Below, piece by piece: positions 56,157 to 64,000 of a stretch of DNA of 64,000 nt. The notes below the pieces were generated by a model, which had not been told where the DNA came from, ran no database searches, and worked only from the letters and a program-made list of their open reading frames with translations. This DNA comes from an uncultured Bacteriovoracaceae bacterium (GTDB taxonomy: Bacteria > Bdellovibrionota > UBA2428): NCBI GenBank assembly GCA_964477895.1, contig CAYZFQ010000011.1, forward strand, positions 23,825 through 87,824, written 5' to 3'. A program made the position numbers and the translations under genes. Numbering within the stretch: the stretch's first letter is position 1; each line of letters starts with the position of its first letter.

Positions 56157-57974
56157 ATGCCCACTTCAACAACTCAAACAACTTCAACCCCCAAAACAAA
56201 AATTCCAAACGAGAAAGCCAAAGCCTTCACGAAACTCTTTCGTGATGACGATGACGAAGCGCCTTACCAAGAGAACGGACAAACATTCGCCGAACTTTTT
56301 GAAGACAGCTTAGGCGCCAATCCCATTGCTGAAGGCGAGGTTGTCCTCGGACGCGTCGTTTCCATCGGCACCGATAGCGTACTCGTGGATGTGGGTTATA
56401 AATCCGAAGGCGAAGTGGCCCTTTCCGAGTTCAAAAGCCCCCAAGGCGAAGTCGACGTTCAAGTCGGCGACGAAATTTATGTCCTCTTGGAACGAGTAGA
56501 AAACGACAACGGCCTCTTAACTCTCTCTAAAGAAAAAGCCGATGTGCTAAGGGCCTGGGACGAAATCGCAGAAGCTTGTGAAGCTGGCGAAATCCTCGAA
56601 GGTTCCGTTATCGGCGTGGTCAAAGGTGGCCTGGCTGTAGATATTGGCGTGAAAGCCTTTTTGCCCGGCAGCCAAATTGACGTGCGCCCGGTTAAAAACT
56701 TAGATCAGTTTGTAGGCAAGACTTTCAAATTCAAAGTTATTAAATTTAACAAAAAACGCGGCAACATTGTTCTCTCACGCCGAGCCGTTTTGGAATTAGA
56801 GCGCGACAATCTTAAGAGTTCGACCCTTAAACAAATCAAAGTGGGCGCCATCGTGCGCGGTATGGTTAAAAACATTACCGACTACGGCGCATTTGTGGAT
56901 TTGGGCGGGATCGATGGTCTTTTGCACATCACCGACATGAGCTGGGGCCGCATCAAGCACCCCAACGAAGTTGTGGCTGTGGGCTCAGAAATAAACGTAC
57001 GAGTTCTGAAGTACGATACGGAAAAAGAACGAGTTTCCTTGGGTCTTAAGCAAACTCAGCCCGATCCTTGGCAAGAGGTGCAGAGCAAATACGTCATCGG
57101 CCAGCGCATTACTGGAAAAGTTGTGAGCTTGACCGATTACGGCGCCTTCATCGAAATCGAAGCCGGCGTGGAAGGACTCATTCACGTTTCGGAGATGAGC
57201 TGGACCCAACGCGTGAAAGACCCGCGCAAAATGCTCAATGTCGACCAGGACGTGGATGCCATCATTTTGGACATCGACTTTGAAGCTCGCCGCATGAGCT
57301 TAGGAATCAAACAAATTTCACCCAATCCTTGGGACACCCTTGAACTTAAGTACCCCCAAGGTTCGAGAGTGAAGGGCACGATCAAAAACATCACAGACTT
57401 CGGGATCTTTATTGAAATCGAAGAAGGCATTGACGGCCTCGTGCACGTTTCAGACTTGAGCTGGGACCAAAAAGTTTCTCACCCCAGCCAAATGTTTGAG
57501 AAGGGCCATGAAGTAGAAGCCGTTGTTCTTTCGATTGATAAAGAAAACGAGCGCATTTCTCTTTCCATCAAGCTTCTCTCGGGTGATCCGTGGGCGGACA
57601 TGGCCGCGAAGTACACCGTGGGCACGGCTCACGAAGGTACGGTGACTAAACTCACCAACTTCGGCGCCTTTGTGGAAATTGAGAAGGGTTTAGAGGGCAT
57701 GGTTCACGTTTCGGAACTTTCTGAAGAACGCATCATGCACCCAGAAGCCGTTGTTAAAGTGGGCGATCAGGTGAAATTTATGATCACTAACGTCGACCCC
57801 AAAGAACGCAAACTCAGCCTTTCGGTCAAAGCTTTGAAGCGCTCTGAAGAGCGCGAGAACTTAGCCGACTTTAAGAAAAGCCAAGGATCGGCACGATCTT
57901 CACTGGCCGACACTTTGAATCCGGAAATCGCAGCTAAGCTGGGACTTATCGGTAAAAAAGAAGGCGAAGAGTAA
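56157..57974 (+). CDS. rpsA: 30S ribosomal protein S1.
   Basis: Six S1 domains (repeated GxV..I..fGaFV...gxeGL.HxSE... blocks). Conserved FAELFEDSL near the N-terminus, preceded by a ~38-aa Thr-rich extension. Confidence 0.9.
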   Translation: MPTSTTQTTSTPKTKIPNEKAKAFTKLFRDDDDEAPYQENGQTFAELFEDSLGANPIAEGEVVLGRVVSIGTDSVLVDVGYKSEGEVALSEFKSPQGEVDVQVGDEIYVLLERVENDNGLLTLSKEKADVLRAWDEIAEACEAGEILEGSVIGVVKGGLAVDIGVKAFLPGSQIDVRPVKNLDQFVGKTFKFKVIKFNKKRGNIVLSRRAVLELERDNLKSSTLKQIKVGAIVRGMVKNITDYGAFVDLGGIDGLLHITDMSWGRIKHPNEVVAVGSEINVRVLKYDTEKERVSLGLKQTQPDPWQEVQSKYVIGQRITGKVVSLTDYGAFIEIEAGVEGLIHVSEMSWTQRVKDPRKMLNVDQDVDAIILDIDFEARRMSLGIKQISPNPWDTLELKYPQGSRVKGTIKNITDFGIFIEIEEGIDGLVHVSDLSWDQKVSHPSQMFEKGHEVEAVVLSIDKENERISLSIKLLSGDPWADMAAKYTVGTAHEGTVTKLTNFGAFVEIEKGLEGMVHVSELSEERIMHPEAVVKVGDQVKFMITNVDPKERKLSLSVKALKRSEERENLADFKKSQGSARSSLADTLNPEIAAKLGLIGKKEGEE

Positions 57975-57983
57975 AATCTCGCC

Positions 57984-58967
57984 ATGCCTCTAAAAGCAAT
58001 GCGAGGAAGGACCCTTTTTCTGTGGTCCTTCCTCGTGGTTCTTGGTCTCAGTGCCGCCTTCGGATTCTCTATATTTTACAATGTTGAAAAAGTGGTTCGG
58101 CGCCTTGGCGTGGGGTCTACCGAGGAATCTTTTTCCTCGTCCGGAAACCTCGCGGTCTTAGAAATAAAAGGTGTCATCGACGATCCTGAAAGTGCTCTTC
58201 GAGACATCGAGGAACTTGAAGACAAGGCCTCCATCAAAGCCGTCGTGGTGCGCGTGAGCTCGCCAGGCGGAGCGGTGGGTCCGACTCAAGAAATCTACAA
58301 CGCTCTTTTGCGTTTGCGGGCGAAGAAAAAACTTCTTTGTTCTTTTGGAGATATTGCCGCAAGCGGGGGCTATTACCTCGCCGCGGCCTGCGAAAAAATT
58401 TATGCCAACCCCGGCACACTCACAGGATCTATTGGGGTGATCATGCATTTTATGAACCTCAAAGACCTCTACCAATGGGCCAAAGTTCAGCCCGTCACCT
58501 TGAAGGCCGGAAAATTTAAAGACATTGGTAACGAATCCCGCCTGATGACCGACGAAGAAAAAACTCTCATGCAGGAGATGCTCACTGATGTGCACAATCA
58601 GTTCAAAGAGGCCATTCGGAAGAGCCGCAAAATGCCAGCGGATGTGGTGGAAACCTATGCCGATGGCAGAGTTTTTAGTGGAGCTCAGGCGAAGGCCTTA
58701 GGTTTTGTAGATGAACTGGGAGGCGAGTTTGAAGCCATTCGAGCCGCAGCTAAACTGGCCGGGATTACCGGCAAACCAGAAGTGATTCGAGCGAATGAGG
58801 GCCGAGGCCGTCCAAAAATTTCTGATTTTTTTGAGGGGAAATTTGCCAACGCCATTCTCAATCGCTTGCTGCATCAAGTGAAGGCCCCAGGTGCTGTGAC
58901 TTCCTTTAGCCTCAAAGAGGGCGTGCCCTATTTCTTACCCGCAAACTATGCAGGCTCCGCGCCGTGA
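57984..58967 (+). CDS. sppA: Signal peptide peptidase SppA (36-kDa type).
   Basis: N-terminal transmembrane helix. SSPGGAVGPTQEIYNAL. SGGYYLAAACEKIYANPGTLTGSIGV (serine-protease ClpP-fold motifs). Confidence 0.85.
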   Translation: MPLKAMRGRTLFLWSFLVVLGLSAAFGFSIFYNVEKVVRRLGVGSTEESFSSSGNLAVLEIKGVIDDPESALRDIEELEDKASIKAVVVRVSSPGGAVGPTQEIYNALLRLRAKKKLLCSFGDIAASGGYYLAAACEKIYANPGTLTGSIGVIMHFMNLKDLYQWAKVQPVTLKAGKFKDIGNESRLMTDEEKTLMQEMLTDVHNQFKEAIRKSRKMPADVVETYADGRVFSGAQAKALGFVDELGGEFEAIRAAAKLAGITGKPEVIRANEGRGRPKISDFFEGKFANAILNRLLHQVKAPGAVTSFSLKEGVPYFLPANYAGSAP

Positions 58968-59479
58968 GTGTGGATCACCTATGGGCCCCCTGGCGCCTTC
59001 AGTACATCAAAGACCAAAAAGAGATCAATAGCGGACTGAAGGGCTGTCCCTTTTGCCTGATTGGCGCAGCTGAACCCTCTGAAGAAAACCTTTGCCTCTA
59101 CCGGGATTCTGAAATCATGGTTGTGATGAATAAGTTTCCCTACAACCCCGGCCACCTTATGGTGCTGCCCGTAGGTCATGGTGGAAAACCCGAAGAAGTT
59201 GATGCAAAGGTATGGAATCGCTTAAATGCGGCCCTCAAGGCCTCTCTTGAAGTGCTTAAGAAAGTCTATAATCCGCAGGGATTTAACCTAGGCATGAATG
59301 TAGGGTCCGGTGGTGGGGCTGGAATTCCCGAGCATTTGCATTGGCACGTGGTGCCACGTTGGACGGGCGACACCAATTTTATGCCCATTCTCGCTGAGAC
59401 TAAGGCCATTCCTATTCATAATTTGAGCGTCTATCAGGAGCTGGCTCCTGAGTTTAAAAACTTCGACAAGCGGCTGTAG
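58964..59479 (+). CDS. HIT-family hydrolase.
   Basis: HIT motif EHLHWHVVPRW. ATGA overlap with sppA. Confidence 0.85.
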   Translation: MSVDHLWAPWRLQYIKDQKEINSGLKGCPFCLIGAAEPSEENLCLYRDSEIMVVMNKFPYNPGHLMVLPVGHGGKPEEVDAKVWNRLNAALKASLEVLKKVYNPQGFNLGMNVGSGGGAGIPEHLHWHVVPRWTGDTNFMPILAETKAIPIHNLSVYQELAPEFKNFDKRL

Positions 59480-59571
59480 CTCATGTCGCATTCCATCAAA
59501 TTCTTCCGATTCTGGGCCGCCCCCCTCAAGTTCATTGTGAAATCCTCCGAGAAATCCTAAAGGTATTAATC

Positions 59572-59943
59572 ATGAAAACTTTAAAGCTAGGCTTTTGGGC
59601 CCTCTTTACCGTTCTCTTCCTGGTATTTGCGGTGGCGCTCATCGGGCAGAACGGTGAACCCATCACAGTGACTCTTTTTAACTACACCAGCTCCAGCTAT
59701 CCTAAGTGGTTGGTGCTTCTCAGCTGTATCTTGGTAGGTGCCTTGCTTGCGACTCTGTTTTTCATTGTGGAACTTATCGTTCTGGAAACCCGCAACGTTC
59801 GCATTCGTCGCCTGAACCAAAAATTAGAACGAGCTTTGAGCTCCCAGGCGCAGCTCAGCGCCAATGGCAATGGTCCCACCCTCAACGGCACTTCGGTTAC
59901 GACCAGCGTATCTTCCCTGCCCACCCTTGAAGACGACGTTTGA
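59572..59943 (+). CDS. LapA-domain (DUF1049) small membrane protein.
   Basis: Two transmembrane helices followed by RNVRIRRLNQKLERAL and a Ser/Thr-rich tail. Confidence 0.55.
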   Translation: MKTLKLGFWALFTVLFLVFAVALIGQNGEPITVTLFNYTSSSYPKWLVLLSCILVGALLATLFFIVELIVLETRNVRIRRLNQKLERALSSQAQLSANGNGPTLNGTSVTTSVSSLPTLEDDV

Positions 59944-61064
59944 AGAATAATTTTCTCCAAGCACTGCCTCTTATGCCCGCACATCGGGCACGGGGGCAAC
60001 ACCAACCCAATTTTGAAGCTCTCGTTCATGATTTGCGTTTAAATGAGACTTTGCCCAAGTCGAGTTTTGACTTGGCCTCCATGGCCTACCGCTATCGATT
60101 TTTATTTTTACGTGAGAAGGCCAAGTTTTTAGGTTCTAAAAACTTGCGCCCAGCCCTGGTCGAAGACCTCTGGAACCTAGCCTTTGCCGCCCTTATGAGC
60201 CGAGACCAGCAAGCCCCTGCGGTACTAGTCTCTGAGGCCGTTGAAGCGGTCAAAATAAGCTTAGGAGCCACCCCGGTATCGCTCAGCAATGCTTTTTTAC
60301 GGGGCATTTCCCGCCAGTTAAAAACATTGCGAGAGGAAGTGCAGAATCAACCTGAGTTGCTGGTGCCTCCTGAGCTTCGAAAGCGCTGGCAAGACCTCCC
60401 CAATATTATCATCCAGATGGGACAAGACTTGTCTCGACGCCCTCAGGGTGACGACCTGTCCGCTCCCTTTCCGTGGGTCACTCACCTCATGGAATCCCTT
60501 CGTTTCAAAACTAAAAATCCTAGAATTTTACATCAGTCCGCCACTCAAGGTCGAAGTCTTTTGCATTTTTCCGAATTGCTACACCGCCAAGGCTTGGCTC
60601 CTAAATTTGTTGTCACGGAGTCTAAATATAAGCGGTGGATAAAAACAGAAGAGACCTTAAAAAAATCCCTTCCTGAAATTCAACTCGAGTCTCACCTGTG
60701 GGCCTGGGGCGAACAAAAAAATCTCAGCATCCCTACGGAGCAGATGCCCTTCTCACTTGATTTTGACTTAGCCTTTATCGAACTACCCAGCACGAACTGC
60801 ATTTATCTCAGTGCTTACCCCGACTTGATCGTAGGTGATTTTTCCAAAAAGCTTAGTGAGCTCTTGCGCTTGCAAAGGGCTATTTTGGGAGATTTGAACC
60901 ATCGACTAAAGCCGGGAACTCCCTTAGCCCTAAGCCTTGCCTCCTTTGATCCCGAGGAAGTGGGTCAGGTCAGCGCTATTATCGGCTCGCCCCCTTTAAA
61001 AATTGACCTTCCGAAGGGTTCTTCCCTGCTCCCCAGCGTCTGGTTTTGTAAAAGCGGATTCTAG
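59940..61064 (+). CDS. Hypothetical protein with a NusB/RsmB-N-terminal-like segment but no visible SAM-binding motifs.
   Basis: AVLVSEAVEAVKISLGATPVSLSNAFLRGISR resembles the NusB-like domain of Sun/RsmB. No DxCAAPGGKT or PCSG motifs. ATGA overlap with the upstream gene. Confidence 0.4.
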   Translation: MKNNFLQALPLMPAHRARGQHQPNFEALVHDLRLNETLPKSSFDLASMAYRYRFLFLREKAKFLGSKNLRPALVEDLWNLAFAALMSRDQQAPAVLVSEAVEAVKISLGATPVSLSNAFLRGISRQLKTLREEVQNQPELLVPPELRKRWQDLPNIIIQMGQDLSRRPQGDDLSAPFPWVTHLMESLRFKTKNPRILHQSATQGRSLLHFSELLHRQGLAPKFVVTESKYKRWIKTEETLKKSLPEIQLESHLWAWGEQKNLSIPTEQMPFSLDFDLAFIELPSTNCIYLSAYPDLIVGDFSKKLSELLRLQRAILGDLNHRLKPGTPLALSLASFDPEEVGQVSAIIGSPPLKIDLPKGSSLLPSVWFCKSGF

Positions 61065-61081
61065 CGCTATTCTGAAAGTCT

Positions 61082-61933
61082 ATGGATTCAGAGGATCTCA
61101 AAGTCCTAAAATCACGATTGCTCAGCCTCGAGGATAATTTAAAAAAACTCCTGCAAACAACTCAGGAGGATTTGATTCTAGCCCAGGATTTGCAAAAGCT
61201 CCTAAGCCCCAATCGCCTGCCCGAAGTTCCCGGACTCAAGGTTCAGGCTCGCTACCTACCGGCTTTGCAGATTAGCGCAGAAAGTTTCGACATCCTCCCT
61301 ACCAAAGATCACAAACAAATTTATTTTGTTTCCAGCTGGACGGAAAGTTACGGACTCAGCTCACTTCTTTTGCAATCGCTTATTCATTTGCAGTCTCGAG
61401 CCCTACTCGAGGCCAAACCTAAGGCCAGTTTAGAAGAAATTTTTAATGATATTTCTACTCAGCTCACGGCCAGCAAAAAAAATTCCCGTTACCGCTTCAC
61501 ACTTTTACGCTTAGATGTGGCGTCTCTCCAAGTGACGGGTTTGATGATCGGCGGCGCCCCACTTTTACTAAAGAAAAAGCACGAATGGAAAATTGTGGGC
61601 GAAAGTGAGTTGCAAAAGGACTTTTCTTACTGCCAGCCCGCCCAGAGCGCGGCACCCACTCTCGCAGAGAAGGCTTTCCCTGTGCACTTTACTTTTGAAC
61701 CTGGGTCTCGGCTTTTTATTATGGGAGCTTCGTGGAATGCCACGGCCCCAAGTCTCGAGGATTTTTTGCGACCTTTGGAACTGCCACAAATTTCACGCGA
61801 GTCCGCTGACCTGCTCAGTGACTTCAATCATATACTTGTAAAATCCCAAGGCTTTTTAAAAGCTCGGGGCGAAGAGAATGACTTAAGTTTACTAGCCTTA
61901 GAAGTGGATCAAAAAAAGCTGCATTTGGCCTGA
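61082..61933 (+). CDS. Hypothetical protein, possibly a degenerate PP2C/SpoIIE-like domain.
   Basis: SFDIL...YFVSSWTESYGLSS and LLRLDVASLQVTGLMIGGAPLLL echo PP2C blocks, but the catalytic Asp/Gly/His positions are substituted. Confidence 0.35.
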   Translation: MDSEDLKVLKSRLLSLEDNLKKLLQTTQEDLILAQDLQKLLSPNRLPEVPGLKVQARYLPALQISAESFDILPTKDHKQIYFVSSWTESYGLSSLLLQSLIHLQSRALLEAKPKASLEEIFNDISTQLTASKKNSRYRFTLLRLDVASLQVTGLMIGGAPLLLKKKHEWKIVGESELQKDFSYCQPAQSAAPTLAEKAFPVHFTFEPGSRLFIMGASWNATAPSLEDFLRPLELPQISRESADLLSDFNHILVKSQGFLKARGEENDLSLLALEVDQKKLHLA

Positions 61934-62005
61934 GAAGGCGTCAGTGAACTTTTTCCATTCGTCCCCTACCGGGTGGGTGATGCCTGGAAAAAGTGCTCTG
62001 ACGCC

Positions 62006-63043
62006 TTAATCGATCGTAACACCCTTAAGAAGATCCAAGTTCTCCAAAGCCAACCCTGCCCCTAAGGCCACAGCGGACAAAGGGTCTTCGCTTAAGAAAA
62101 CAGGCAGCCCCGTTTCTTCGCGCAAAAGTATATCTAAGTTGCGCAGGAGCGATCCTCCACCGGTCATGACGATGCCTTTGTCTACGATATCGGCAGCCAA
62201 TTCGGGAGGTGTTCGTTCAAGTGTAATTTTTACAGCTTCCACGATGCTATTGACGGTTTCCGACAGAGCTTCTCGAATTTCATCCGATCCCACCTCGATA
62301 GTTTTAGGCACGCCGGCCAAGAGGTCGCGGCCCTTTACTTCCATTGTGGTTTCTTTGCCCGAAGGGTAAGCGTTGCCGATCGTGATTTTAATAAGCTCCG
62401 CCGTGCGCTCGCCTACCGCTAAATTATACTTACGGCGAATGTAGTTCAAAATGGATTCGTTCATTTTGTCGCCGCCTACGCGCACGGACTTCGAGAACAC
62501 GATCCCGCCCAGCGAAATCACGGCCACATCCGTGGTGCCCCCACCGATATCGATGATCATGTTGCCGCTGGATTCCGTAATGGGCAGCCCCGCACCGATG
62601 GCGGCCGCCATGGGCTCTTCAATCAAATAAACTTCGCGGGCGGAGGCCGAAAGTGCCGCTTCTTTAACGGCGCGCTTTTCTACTTCGGTAATTCCGTAAG
62701 GGATACAAATCATAATACGCGGTCGAAAAATAGTTTTCTTCTGCTGCGCTTTATTTATCAGCTGGCGAATCATCACCTGAGTCACTTCAAAGTCGGCGAT
62801 GACCCCGTCTTTCAGAGGACGGATAGCCTGAATATTTCCCGGAGTTTTCCCGAGCATTTCCTTAGCTGCTGTGCCCACCTCGATCACTTTTTTCTGACCG
62901 CGCGAATCTCGCAAAATCGCCACCACACTGGGTTCGTTCACTACGATGCCAAGACCCTTAACGTAAACTAAGGTGTTCGCCGTGCCCAAATCAATTGCGA
63001 TGTCGTTACTTAAAAAACTTCTAACTCCGTTCCAAAATCCCAT
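62006..63043 (-). CDS. mreB: Rod shape-determining protein MreB.
   Basis: [30 protein letters not shown]. Actin-fold phosphate motifs ([11 protein letters not shown]). 345 aa. Confidence 0.9.
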   Translation of the reverse strand: MGFWNGVRSFLSNDIAIDLGTANTLVYVKGLGIVVNEPSVVAILRDSRGQKKVIEVGTAAKEMLGKTPGNIQAIRPLKDGVIADFEVTQVMIRQLINKAQQKKTIFRPRIMICIPYGITEVEKRAVKEAALSASAREVYLIEEPMAAAIGAGLPITESSGNMIIDIGGGTTDVAVISLGGIVFSKSVRVGGDKMNESILNYIRRKYNLAVGERTAELIKITIGNAYPSGKETTMEVKGRDLLAGVPKTIEVGSDEIREALSETVNSIVEAVKITLERTPPELAADIVDKGIVMTGGGSLLRNLDILLREETGLPVFLSEDPLSAVALGAGLALENLDLLKGVTID

Positions 63044-63174
63044 TGCTCACCACGATACTTGAGTTTCACTCTTAGGCGCAAGCCTTCTGGCTGCTTGTTT
63101 TTTTCCATGCTTAACGCGTTTTGTCGTGAGGGGCTAAATTTTGATTTTGTCTCTTTTGCGCTTATGCTGAAATT

Positions 63175-63948
63175 GTGGTGACCCCAAAAAAAATTTTACA
63201 CCCTTTTCTTGGGATTTTCTTAGCTTGGAGCGCCGGGGCCAACGCCCCCGACAAAGCCCACCCCCCAGCGCATCCTGAACCTACTCAGACCAGCTCCGGG
63301 GCTAAAAAACTCATGGGCAAATTTGACTGTGAAAGTCTTCCCCAAAAAAGCACCCAAGAGCTCTGGAAAATGTCGGATTGCTACTTCAAACTCGGAAACC
63401 GCAGCAAAGTGATTGAAATACTCAAAGCCATTACCACTCAGAACCCTAAGGATGTAAGCGCCTATGTGTCGAGCGCTTGGTTACTTTGGGAAGAGGGACA
63501 CACCCGGGGAGGAGAGGAAGAAAAGCGCAAAACCGAAGCCGCCTTGGCTGAATTCACCCGAGCCCGAGTTGCCAACCCTACTCACTGGGAACTCGACACC
63601 GAGCTGGGTGACTTTTATCTGCTGCGCCTCAAAAGCCCGGAAAAAGCCTACCCCGAATTTTTAAAAGCCCGCGCCCACTTTAATGGGGATTTCTCCCACG
63701 GAGTGCCTCCTGCTGAGAAGGGTCGCAAGGCCGCCATCGAAGACCGCATTGCCCGGATCGCCGAATCCTTGGGAAATAAGGGCGAGGCGGTTGAAGCCAG
63801 CTGCCGGGCCCTCTACTTTGACCCCGACGATAAATCCGCTGAAAAACGCTTGGAAAGCTTGGGGGGATCCTGCCTGCGTAAAAAGGTGAAGGACCCTAAC
63901 CTCGAAGACGCTGCGACCAACTCTCCAGAAAAGTCCAAGCCGCTTTAG
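63175..63948 (+). CDS. Secreted TPR-like hypothetical protein.
   Basis: Signal peptide (HPFLGIFLAWSAGANA). Helical-repeat character in ...AWLLWEEGH..., ...GDFYLLRLKSPEKAYPEFLKA.... Confidence 0.45.
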   Translation: MVTPKKILHPFLGIFLAWSAGANAPDKAHPPAHPEPTQTSSGAKKLMGKFDCESLPQKSTQELWKMSDCYFKLGNRSKVIEILKAITTQNPKDVSAYVSSAWLLWEEGHTRGGEEEKRKTEAALAEFTRARVANPTHWELDTELGDFYLLRLKSPEKAYPEFLKARAHFNGDFSHGVPPAEKGRKAAIEDRIARIAESLGNKGEAVEASCRALYFDPDDKSAEKRLESLGGSCLRKKVKDPNLEDAATNSPEKSKPL

Positions 63949-64000
63949 GACTGAGGGCCTCTAAGTCCATTTTTTTCATGGTCCGCAAAAGCTCTTCTTC

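Noticed and set aside
1-64000. Looked for CRISPR arrays, rRNA genes, transposases or integrases.
   Set aside because: No periodic short direct repeats, no rRNA-like conserved stretches, and no DDE or tyrosine-recombinase motifs in any long ORF.

Overview
This 64 kb window looks like a chromosomal segment from a predatory Bdellovibrio-like bacterium, which is an inference from gene content, not something the sequence proves. Background GC is about 48-50%. Coding is dense on both strands, with many signal-peptide and lipoprotein ORFs, a delta-60-type repeat lipoprotein, a TIGR02147-family regulator and several secreted hydrolases. I read no CRISPR array, rRNA, transposase or integrase anywhere in the window, and all statements about GC content are visual estimates. 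Housekeeping genes I can support include rpsA, sppA, mreB, msrA, ald, an oxyR-ahpC-ahpD stress locus and one tRNA-Leu(CAA). The main features worth a second look, in window order, are: (1) the 3' end of an RND pump gene translationally coupled to a three-domain membrane enzyme (cytidylyltransferase, CDP-alcohol phosphotransferase, flippase-like) and a DUF3047-like protein. (2) A three-gene operon of a GH3-type adenylating amido synthetase, an MLE-subgroup enolase-superfamily enzyme and an alpha/beta hydrolase whose nucleophile is Cys instead of Ser. (3) An orphan NuoB-NuoD fusion gene with no NuoC domain, followed by a short NuoG-like Fe-S protein, and no other nuo genes nearby. (4) A compact AddB/AddA-like helicase-nuclease pair. 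(5) A VapBC toxin-antitoxin pair with triple GTATAC operators, sitting next to a clearly GC-rich (about 60%) PTS plus GH1 beta-glucosidase cassette (crr-ptsH-ptsI-EIICB-GH1) that looks horizontally acquired. (6) A minimal response regulator + secretin + VirB11/CpaF-like ATPase + single platform-protein module. (7) An XRE-family gene bracketed by perfect 26-bp inverted repeats. (8) Three strong palindromes: one at the start of an AAA+ ATPase gene, one before rpsA, and the vapB operator.
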